This document shows positions 10,501-21,000 of a stretch of DNA of 64,000 bases, piece by piece. Origin of the DNA: a virus (Duplodnaviria > Caudoviricetes). Location: positions 121,579-185,578 of IMG/VR virus record IMGVR_UViG_3300030330_006525; one strand, 5' to 3'. The translations under genes were made by a program, and so were the position numbers. The notes below the pieces were generated by a model. It searched no databases and was not told the origin of the DNA. It saw nothing but the letters and a program-made list of their open reading frames with translations. The first letter of the stretch is position 1, and the number at the start of each line of letters is the position of its first letter.

Positions 10501-11005
10501 TATACTTACTGAGATTTCGTCTTATTGAATCGGTATCATTACTTCGAGAATCAGTTAAAAATGAGCCCATACTAGCATTTATCTCAATAGGAAAAATATA
10601 ATCACCATATTGACTCCTAACATTAGTAGTGTTATCAATGCCACTGACCCAATTAGAAACTACTGCTGTTGGTGACATTTTTCCTATTTCAACACGCTGA
10701 GCGTTAGAGACTGCACCTCGTCGGCGTAAGTCTTGCATCATATGTGAAATTCTTTTTTCTGGATTTCTTATTATATTATAAATATCTTGTTCAGAATCTG
10801 CATTTGTTTGTAAAAATATTGAATATTTTATATATTGAGAAAAATCATAATCAGAGCCCCAAAATAAATTACCATTTTTATCAACGGTATCAATTGCTGA
10901 AAGCTCTAAAGTTACTGACATTTCGCTACTGTTCTCGTTCAATATAATTCCATGAGTTTTTATTGATGGTAAGTAGCCCAACATGTCTTTCATTGTGCCA
11001 CTCAT
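7505..11005 (-). CDS. Large hypothetical protein, probably virion structural
   Basis: 1166 aa ORF, TAATG-coupled to the upstream gene, GGAGG SD. No recognisable catalytic motif. Confidence 0.55.
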   Translation of the reverse strand: MSGTMKDMLGYLPSIKTHGIILNENSSEMSVTLELSAIDTVDKNGNLFWGSDYDFSQYIKYSIFLQTNADSEQDIYNIIRNPEKRISHMMQDLRRRGAVSNAQRVEIGKMSPTAVVSNWVSGIDNTTNVRSQYGDYIFPIEINASMGSFLTDSRSNDTDSIRRNLSKYKTVDSEGKAIIQIPAVKTFTISKSDPFYSNFAESKFMSCYIFSIFDFQQLVEDENINNFDIGIADKIGSVLTYDLILKNGSANDVGNIMEYFEADPGTGELVRKIWTGNYHERTLENEGGYIGFQAGTAQNPLDIKLTRRIVRNVKVQDMRGVISKDWSQLGLGADGEEIVEDERNDYSLISGTDEVANFTLPNFSGENPKSAQSRFINYYKNVEMQKFSQGNSVVYGKMILDQTSEGYVNYLFMIDFFDIYMRNSRFAKVNRYLDVASKTGDTINAMDAVRKMVAPSIKVFRRKVKTRKAGTNSFGYADHEGLDEEEPPYLVAEISQIEGSTIASFTSQISNNSDTRDDTESRGSVVRQGTLREINLRTSQNNVRNEFIKSFTGTDFSVDRSGGATYQYYVEIGFIDNTQEFYLNKYKQLLIDINYLETLYETSYQSYDSYERKYDRTSSVWQSFVDNYRDNNIIRLEMTTIAAARDAKRLVKTALHNIVSRVNKILSILYNTNSAAIAEEGEDYDAQAEFDTSGKVTLLDRARIRSLLSPFNSSASPDNQLTFLRFLNHLKTNYGLLLDIDNIPSHRYTENSATSTGNDTGPSRQFTITNFFPEYITPDNTRSYFNLAYFGDIFEDPGSEYGIPVVTSNDLSERIDISADRFVTGQYEKAMKNEVVLEPMFFNSSLIFPQDKPEGFIFHREQQNPINVRAIQNPRIGLSDEDLKNIASSLYQSGLSEINFQTPIPVQKKIDVSTLKDNFARTNIKKSLRQFEKMYTESMREFANELGISLYADHMPMPTALLSDVLRGDDSNNFINELSKLANLSEQKTFFIEEMKNKFTSELGVRAAGSKVGIELIEKFSNLFESMLNTDHDRFYGDLRIDVGYPGVTQPVVEKFPAQIKQFTLTPRHPYSTKQPKTRVVFDTFKIINILNNVNTGDNIKETDENPDMQDFIPMLPSQITNLGLSENEFVLLSLEQYENEDMQIGYSKLSKAPVATKYVLMRGGN

Positions 11006-12027
11006 TACTTACAGTCCTCCGGATCTTGATTATTTCCAGTATAAGGTGATGCGCCGGCTGAATCAGCTCTGGTGGTTGCAGAACTGCCGCCTTGCTCATC
11101 AAACGTGCTCATATTGGAGTTCCTAGAGTTATCAACATTCGGAAAACCCTTCTTAATAACTTCCGGAATCTGGTTATCTGTCATAACCTCAAAATATTTG
11201 TTTATAAAGCTCTGTTCGGGGTCTGTGCTTGGGAAACCAGTTGTATTTTCTAATTGTAAAGGAACTAATTCTTCAGTAACATCATCAGGAATCAAATTTC
11301 CTTCGCTATCTTTTCTTTCTTTTCGTTCTTTTGTAACTATTTCATAAATCTCAAATTCAAAATTTTCTTTTGTATAATCAACATTTGATTCTAGCAAATC
11401 TATTGCCAAATAGTCTCCTTTAAGCTCTACAATAAAATTACCTTCTGTTATATCGGAAGGATACATATATTCTTGCTCTTCACTTTTTCCTTCACTTAAG
11501 CTAGCAACCATTTTAGTAGCAGTGTGCTTAAGATTTACATTTATTTGAGGTATTTCTTGTACATATCCTGAGCCGGTATAGTGATTTATAAAATTATCAG
11601 TATCAAAACTAGCTCCTGCTGATTCCATAGTAAAACTAGGCGCTTTTTGAATATCTAATTTTGTATTACCTAGCTTATACTTGCAAATTGTATCTCTATC
11701 TTCTGAATTCTGTATACTGTCGCCATAATAGTCTTTCATTTCTAAGATTTCGTTATCGCCCTCAAATATTTCTTTATTTCTTTCATTAATTTTTGTTTCT
11801 GGGCCTTTTGCTAGCGGATTTATCTTCAAATATTGCATATTTTCAAGTATTCTTGTTTGAATACTATTTTGTGTCTCAGTAAGACTAGCATATGCGCCGT
11901 CATATAGCACGTTATCATCAAAAAAACAGTAATATGTTGGTTTGAATCGACCAGCAGCTAATTTTTCTCTGCCGTAAGATGTCAATTGTATATCAATTAC
12001 ATCCTGTTTTTTGTTAAAAAACTTCAT
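11005..12027 (-). CDS. Putative virion structural protein (N-terminus related to 2622..3635)
   Basis: 340 aa. DIQLTSYGREKLAAGRFKPTYYCFFDDNVLY aligns with DAVLTDTGRMRMARGDFKIVKFALGDDEINY. Confidence 0.6.
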   Translation of the reverse strand: MKFFNKKQDVIDIQLTSYGREKLAAGRFKPTYYCFFDDNVLYDGAYASLTETQNSIQTRILENMQYLKINPLAKGPETKINERNKEIFEGDNEILEMKDYYGDSIQNSEDRDTICKYKLGNTKLDIQKAPSFTMESAGASFDTDNFINHYTGSGYVQEIPQINVNLKHTATKMVASLSEGKSEEQEYMYPSDITEGNFIVELKGDYLAIDLLESNVDYTKENFEFEIYEIVTKERKERKDSEGNLIPDDVTEELVPLQLENTTGFPSTDPEQSFINKYFEVMTDNQIPEVIKKGFPNVDNSRNSNMSTFDEQGGSSATTRADSAGASPYTGNNQDPEDCK

Positions 12028-15000
12028 TATTCAATTATTACCTTGCTATCTATCTTAATTAGTTCTATTAATGAAAAGAAATCGTAAGGCCAGTTATAAG
12101 ACGGTCCTTTACCCTCTACTATTGTAGGCGTAATAATATTTGGATTATTTTCTACAGCTTTTTTGAACAGATTTCCAGCTTCAGTGTCATACAAACTGTC
12201 GTCAACCTTTCTTAGGTAAGACTTTTCTGCTCTTCTCTTAACTTTAAAAACAGCCCATCTGATATCGTCTGGAACTTTCCTTTCCCCACCCATCATTTTT
12301 GATAAATCATGCATAACAACTTTATCTTGTGGGCTTTCTCCGTGTTTTGCAATTTTCGGTGGTAGATTCTGCCATATATTCATCAAATCTTCTTTATCTA
12401 ATTCAGCTTCAAATTCAAAAACATACATCAAAACCCTACTTGCTCGTCGCGAACCACCAGCAATTTGTGGGGGATTACTTTGGCCATCATAACCAAAAGT
12501 CAGATAATCATATTGCGGTGGGAAAACATACTTATCTAACATTCTAGTCTGTATGACTAAAGGATGGTCTGCTGTTAAAGGCAGCGTTTCGGGGTCTACG
12601 CCTAACTTTTCTTGCGAGATTCTTCTAATAGCAGCATCGAGTGTATTCTTTCTAGCCTCAAATGGCTTCATACGCAGGCCTCGCGGGTCTCTGTAAAAAG
12701 GTATAGCAACAATTGCTTCTGAAATTATCTTTGTCTCTCTTACATTCCCAATAGTCTTTTCAGTGCGGTCAAATTTACAAAGGTCTATCAACGAACGCTC
12801 CCAACTCCGAATTTTACCATCAGCCATCCTTGCTTTATATCCGGAATTAATTTTAGAGTACTGATGCCAAAGGCCGCGAGATGATTGAATATAGTATTTT
12901 GATAAATCATTTGTCTTCCATGCGTATTCCAAACTAGATGTCACTACACTAACGGAGCCGGATACATTAATCTCATTGAAAATTGCAGGTGTATTATTGA
13001 AATTCAATACTGGCAGTTCCCATTTTGGCTGTATAACCCATGCCCTTTTGGTTTGATTCGTTGCATCTGATTGAGCTGTATTACCATTTGTATCTATTGT
13101 GATAGATTGTATTTCCTGAACTCCAAAAAGATTGAAACTAGAGTTAAGATACATTGCTTCTCTATAATTTGAATTAAGAACAGACCTAAAAGCAAAACCT
13201 CTAGGTAACATCCTGGCTTGAATTCTATTTCTTGAGCGCGTATTTCTAAAAAATTTATTTGCTAGTAAAAAGCTCGCCCGCCCTCGCGTTCGCTGGGCAT
13301 CCACATCTCTAAAAATTTGATATGAACGGGTCGAATTAAATAATCTTGTAAGACCGGAGCGGGGCAAGGGCATATGGAAATAATAAAACAAATTATTACC
13401 CAAACCTTCCTGGGTAAAAACTTTCCTTAGTTGAGTCTCTGGCAAGAAGTAATCAGAAAATTTTCTATACAATTTTTTAGCTCTCCGACCCTTCAATGGA
13501 ATATCAAACATACTTATTTCTGCCATCTGACCAACAAAGTTGTTGTTGTCTGATGCGTCAACAGCTCCACCAATCTTAAGTCTTAGCGGGTTTTCACGAT
13601 TATTAGTATAATTTTCTAATTTAATAGGCGGGTTAGCCCCGGGGGACACCATTGTCATGGACCTTCCATAAAATGGGTCGTCAGATATTTCAGCTTCAGT
13701 TTCTGACAGGAACTTTCCGTTGATATAGAGGTCAAAAACCACTTTCTTAGAAGTTAAATTGCCAGCTCTTGTATGAGAAATAGACATGGTAAATCCAATT
13801 AAATTCCAGTGATTTCTTACGACTTCATGATAAGATTCTTTAGACATTTGATCATTTGTTGTAACAACATAATTCTTGTTACCACTACCACTTATTTCTA
13901 TCGATGATTCGTTTATTCTAAAAACAAAAGAGTCACTTGAATTACCAAAAGAAAAAACATTCATTATTTCATTGTCACTCGAAGTGTTGTCCGAAGGATT
14001 AACCCAACAGAAAAATGAGAAATAATTTGCATTTTTATTTGTTATACCCTTAACAACCGGAGAAGCAACAGCCGTAGTTTCAGAGGCATTAGATGTCATG
14101 GAAGCACTTATTTTAGTAATTAATCTTCTATTGCCAACTAACTCAGCTGAATTACTTTGAAAATTATCTGTAAAGGTTAAGCATGCAAACTTCGTAAACC
14201 ATATCCCCTCTGACCTGAATAAGTTGTCTCCGTAAAACTGTGTCTCATCCTCAGTGTTTCTTTGAGGATATATCAAAGAAGATTGTAAGCCATTCTCGTA
14301 TGGCAAAAGGAACCTATATCTTGGGTCTCTGGATGTATCGGTGAACGACGTTGCAGTATCACCACCCGTTCTTAGATTTTCAAATTCAGAATCAAAAGCA
14401 TCAGAAGCTATTTTTTGCAAATGTCTTTGTCCGGTTTCAGCATCCTCTCTAACAAAAAACGCATCTTTTACACGAAAAACTTTTGACATATTATCAGAAA
14501 AAGAATTTTCCATGGAAGATTCATTATAAGGAATTACTAACTCTTGACGACTTGAATTTTCATAAAAAGACCTCTTCAACAAAATAGAGTTATTTTGACG
14601 TCTATCAGTTTTATAACTTTCAATATTTGTATTCACTTCATAATCAGTAATATAGCTAGCTGTTATTTGTGAAACAATTTCTTCTAATGAATACTCCCTA
14701 GATTCTCTTGGAGTAAATTCAAACTCAACTGCAGTTGCATTGTTCTTTCTTAGAAACTGTGGATGATAGGGCTTAAATCCTGATTTAGCCACATAGCCAC
14801 CGTTCTCTCTATATAATAAAGTATTTTCTACTGAAGGCCCAAATGCACTTTCTCTTTCATATACTGTTGTATCTTTATTCTCTACATAAAACCTCATTTT
14901 GTGCTTTCTGTTTGTATCTGATGGTTTAACATAAAAAGGCCCAGTTTCTGATTTAAAAGAAGTTAATTTTCCATCTTCCATAAAAAAGTTAACTGTTTCT

Positions 15001-18000
15001 GCTACAAAATTATTCATAGCTAAAGAATATTTTGTAAATGTGGCTACGTTATTCTTATTGAAACTAATTTGTCCGTCAACAGAAACCAAAGGAGAATAAG
15101 CATATAATAAGCTAGCACTAGGATGAGGTTCATTATCGTATATCGATTTATCCCCCAAAACAAAAGGGTTAATGAGTGCTTCAAATGGAATTCTGTCAGC
15201 TGACTCAACATCTAAGCGAGGGCCTGAACCGCCTTGAGTGGCTGCATAATTATTGTATGTTGCTAGAGCATGTGATTTTGTGTCATCGGAATCATTTATA
15301 AAAGAGCCCTTAACAGATTCGCCATATTCTTTCTGCTTAAGCAAAGAATCAGTAATAGTGCCATCTGCCAGTCTATCGGATTCTGAAATTGTTGACCTAT
15401 TTTCAAACACAGGGTAATCACACGCAATACCTGCTTTTATTGAATTGTACAAAATACCTGGAGCAAAAAATGGTTTACTTAAAAATGATAGTTTCGCTGA
15501 TGTCACTGAAGGGTTGGTCTCTATAGAACCACTATTATATTCTTCGGCAAATAGATTAGCCAATTGCAAAGTTCTATTGGCAGGATAAAAACCTTCATAT
15601 GGCAACAGCTTCAACAAAGCAGAACAACGTAGTGCTGTCATTCTTGGTTGGCCTGGGAGCTTACCTTGCTTAATAACATCGAAATATTTCATAAAATCTG
15701 TAAAATGATGTGTATTCCAAAAATCTCCAAGTCGCGAAGACAAACTACTACCGGTTAAAGAAAGGCCGCCGCGGCCAAATGGGGCAGATGGACCAGCATC
15801 AATTCTTCTAAAATAATTAATTCCATCATCTCTAACATATGTATTCATATGGTCTGAAGCTTTATATTCCGATACTAACCCATAATCTTTACCTACAGCT
15901 CTCAATTCTTCTCTATATTCATTATAGTCTTTGTAGAATGGCTGCAAACCAGAAGACGAAGGAGCAAGCCATTTAGATTCTCCTGAAAGCCATTCGTTAA
16001 CCTTTCTTCTGCTATATAGAGAACCTGTGGTGTGTACATATCTTGCTAGTGTTTCTATTCCAGTTGGATTTGAATATTTTCGGTCTTCCGTGTCGCCATA
16101 GAATCTAGATGTCTTAACTTGAAAAAGGTGTAATCCAGTTTTATCAAAATTTTCATTTAGTTGATTAAAAGGTAAACCAAATTCTACAAAACTGGAACTA
16201 ACTCCCATGGGCACTTTGTTGTCAGCAGACGCAGTGTGTAATTGAGGGTTCCTACAACTATCACCTAAACCAAAATGATTTGCACTTATTTCTGCTATCT
16301 GCTGTTTTGTTGTTGTTACATGTTCATCACTGGTTGGGACAGAACTTACAGTAATTGTTGATAAATCTGCACCTAAATAATTGTTAAAAACTCTATGAGC
16401 ATTAACATAGTTTGTAGCATCAAACTCTTCTGTACCTGTTAAGCCTACTTCATCATACCCAACAATATTGTTTCCTCTTACTGAAGCATAAGGTGTAAAA
16501 ATCTTTGGCTCTGCAAAAGAAACACTACCAGTGTCTATTAGGAAAGCTTTGCCAATACCGGGTGACTCCTCGCCCGGAGTATATGAACTGGTCAACTTAC
16601 TGCTATAAAAATTTAACAATTGCCATGGAGACGTAGATTTATTAAAAACTTCCTTAATTTTATCTAGAGCTGTCACATCTTCAAAGAAACTAGATGTGTT
16701 AAAGAACAAGCTTTCCCCAATCTGCCCTTCGTAAGAATCTCTATAATAAGTTGCAACATTATTTGGGATAGATAAAAATCCATTTGAAAGATCTGTGGAG
16801 TCTGTAAATTTGAACTTAGCTTTGTTTTTGTTCTTTGTTTCATCAAAACTAACAAAAGAACTTGAAGCAATTCCATGAGCATGACTAGCATCAGAAGTTA
16901 AAGATGTTGAAGATTTTGAAAATACATAATTATTTGGATTAGTTACAAAGATATCTTTAAGTAGCCAAGCATCGCGAGTATTATATGAATAAAAGTTTGC
17001 GTTTGTATTAACAGGTTGAATCCATCTAAAATATACATTTCCCAAACTAGCTGTAATTTGTGCTCTTTTAAATTCCCATTGATTAACATGCTTCTGTATA
17101 ACAGCCGATGTCGATGAGCCAAAACCAGTATGTTTATTTGCGCTATAATTAGTTGTTTGAGTTCCAAACGTGCTAGATGGTATTTCTTGTATTGTTGTCC
17201 ATGGGCCAGTTTTAGACGTGGCATACTGTAAATACATTCCAGTGGTTTTGCCATCCGTACCCATATTTGGCAAAGCTCTGAATAAATCAGCCCCAGACGC
17301 CAATGATTGAGAGGGGTGAACCATAATATTGCTAACTAACCAAACACTCTTATTGTGGGCTTCGGCGTTTGCATCTCCAAAAGATGCACCTTGGTCAGAA
17401 CCCCCATCATGCATTCTTGCCAAAAGCCTTATTTTAACATAAGTACCATCAGCAACATTATGCACACCACCATGTCCTGTATTCACATTGTTAATATGTG
17501 GTCTCCAAGTAAAAAACTTATTTTGCCTAGATGCATTGCTGTCTAAAAAGCTTGTTGATTTCCATGTTGTTCCACCATCTGCAGAATATTGGAAATGAAT
17601 TCTGTGATTTGATGCATGTTTTGGCATATCTGCAAAAGACGAACTATAATTAGCGGAACCGGAAACAGCATTACCAGCACGAGCGACCTTCATCGTTATT
17701 TGTAATGGGGTTTTATATTCTCTTGGAAATTCTAGATAACGCCAGTGGCCGACATTAAACGCATTATTATAAAAGTTTTTAATCCCACTAGAAGCATACC
17801 CGGGTATATTTGCAATTGGCAAGGAAACGCCACATAAAGCTACAGCTTTTTCGTATGCGTGATAACCTTGAACACTGGATGTTTGAAACACTCTGACCAT
17901 TTCATGTGGTCTATCATATTTGACTGTAGTATCTAAATATCCATTAGTTTTCCAGTGATTGGCAAGGTGAGTCGGTCTGCCTGGCGGAGAGCCAATAGCA

Positions 18001-21000
18001 GACCCGGAAAAACAATAAAAATGAGAATCATCAATTCTTAGATAATTGTTCATCCTATTTTCGTGACCGGTGGCACCAACTGATTGAATCTTATAAGAGA
18101 TACCACATGGAGTTGGAAATGACTTATTTAAAATAGCGTATCGACACCTTTCGCTAGTAGGATTATCTGGTACGTCACCGGGCTCGATGGAACCACTGAT
18201 AAATGCTAGCACTTTATCATTATAATCATAGGTGTTAGGGGTTTCAGCTTTGCTTTGATGATTGGAAAAACCAATATTTTTAGGTTTTTCCTTTGCTGTT
18301 CGATAGCCATTAAAAGAATAGTGGTCAGCACTAGCTGTTAACCTTTTCGCATAAAACACAGGACCACCGTATGGTTGAGCAGCAGCGTGAGTGCCATTAC
18401 TTGTATCATAATTTAAAATCCATTTGCCTTGAGCATTTCGATTTGTAGCCGTTCCAGAACCAATATTTGGCTCTGCAACATCGCCGGTAGTATTGTGTGT
18501 ATAAGTAGCAAAATCCTCAAAGAAAGGTCCTTGAGCGCCGCCGATGACTACGTTTGGACCCAAAGCAGTTAACTGATAAGGACCCGCATCACTTATATTT
18601 GGGTAATAATAAGTGTCAGCAGTTCCTGGCTCCTGGTCGTAGAGAGATTCAGCTGTTGGTTTCTTATAAACATAAAAGTTATTTTTGCTTCCAATATATA
18701 ATTCTCCGGTATCGCTCAATACTACATCTTGACCAAATTTACCATTAATAAAACCATCATCGGGAACTATTTTTTGAATTTCGGTCCAGACGCCAGCAGT
18801 TGAGCGATTGAGTATATGCACAGCACCAGCGTTTGTGGTAACAGTGTCATCATCGCGACGACCAACCACAGCGGTATCACCAGAAATACTAACATCAGTT
18901 ATTTCAGCGAGAGTAGTGAGATTAGCAACTTGAAGCCAGTCACCTTCAAGTTGAAGCTCGTATATGAAAACCCCGGAGTTTACGCTGGCAACAATGAGTC
19001 GATTTCCAGATTTATCTAGCTCAGCCATCACGCCGAACATATCATTTTCTGTGCCAGGGCCGGTGAGTTTGACGGTTTGACTCCAAGCGCCTGCTTCACT
19101 GCGATTGAATATATATACCGAGCCGGCGAGAGAAGCTCCGTCATCATCGAAAGGCGAACCAACAGCAATAACATCTCCAGCTATAGACACGGACAGGCCA
19201 AAGTTATCATTTGCTGCAGCATCATTGGCGGTGAGTTTGGCGCTTTGCGTCCAATTGCCAGCGTCGTCGCGGTCGAAGATGTAGGCCGCACCATCTCCGC
19301 TATTTTCGCTGGGTGCGCCGACGAGCGCGGTATCACCTGACAGGCTTACTGCTTGGCCAAATAAATCATTTGCTGCGCCATCAGATGCTGTAAGTATTGC
19401 TTTTTCTGTCCAATCGCCATCTTCACCAAGTTCAAATATATATACTGCGCCGGCGTCTGTCCCGGCTGTGTCTTCAAGGTTATTACCAATAACTGCAATG
19501 CTACCATCAACAGCAACATCCCGGCCAAATGCGTCTTCGACAGCCACACCATTAGATGCTACTAGAGTCTGGTGTAAAACCCATTCAGAATTATCAATTT
19601 TCTTGAAAACATATACTTGTCCGCCAGGGCCAACATTCCTCGCTGGTGCGAAAACATAGTCTCCGGACGCATCAAAATTAAGGGGAAAACTACTGTAATT
19701 ATGTGTTGAGTGTGATGTAAGGCCGAAATCTTGAGGGACAATCCTTTGGTATTTTCTATAATTTGTATACTTCGTTTCATGAGCATTGTTGTTGTCCGCA
19801 GTCTCTAAAACAGTTATCTTGAAGTTTTTAATTGCCCAACCATCGGTGCCGGTGGCAGAGATATGAGACAATCTAAATACGCAATTTCTATTGACAGGAA
19901 TACTTGCGCCGGCTGATGAGCTTGTATGTGTATAATCAAAAGAAAAACTATTGTACGAATTATCTGGTATTGAATCTGCTGCGATTAATTTTACAGTTTT
20001 CCATCCTATGTTTGATATAGTGCTGGTTGTTGACCCGGTAAAATCATTATAAACTTTTGAGTACAGCCCATCTATCACACTTTTTTGCAAGACTTCAGAT
20101 GCTTTAACAGAAGAACCCAAGCCATTTCCCAAGCTAGATGTTGCGACCGTAATCAGGAAATCTTCACCAGAGGCTGGGCTAGAATTACTCAATCCAAACG
20201 CATTGTTATTGGCACCGCCCTTGATTAAATCAAAAGATATATTAAATTTACTTCCATAAAATATTGCGCGGCGTGTTAACTGAGAATGGTGGAGTGGCCG
20301 GTGACCACCGGGGAGGAGCGTCGCGAGAGAATTATCCCCAAGAGCAGCAGGGTGGTTTCCATTTTCTGGCGATAATATCTTATCATAGGCCGGTTCCATC
20401 CATTTGATTATTGGCGAACTACTCCAAAGAGAACTTTGTGCGAAAGCACCCAGAGCATTAACACCGTGAATATCATTGTATGTAGCAACGTTATCATAAT
20501 CATGTGGAGCATTACTATTTCCAAAAAGAACTAAAGCTTTAGTGCCAGCTTCTGCAACAGTTGGTACATGAGAACCATTCCCGCTATGAGCTTTTACAAC
20601 TGCTCCCATGTGGAATTGTTCGCCAGCGACGGCGCCGGTCTTTCCAAGGCCTAAAATATTTTCTACTATGCCGCTAGATATCCAATAGGACGAGTGACTA
20701 TCTGCTTCTTCTAAATCTACATCATATGAAAATGGAACGTAAGAAGTAAGACTATTTATCGCGCCGGAACCGCCGCCAAAGAAATCATATTTAGTCACAC
20801 CACTAATTGAAGTGGTAATTGTTGTGTTGCCAGTGGCTCCAGGAATTTGTTGTACAAGGCCAACAGTACCTTCCGACGCGGACTTGGTGGTAAGTTCTGC
20901 TGCTATAGCACCATTATGACCTGAAGCTCCGTTTATAGCCGTAACTAAACTTGTATACGTCGTTGTAGCGCTACTTCCATCAATGGCCACAGAAACATTA

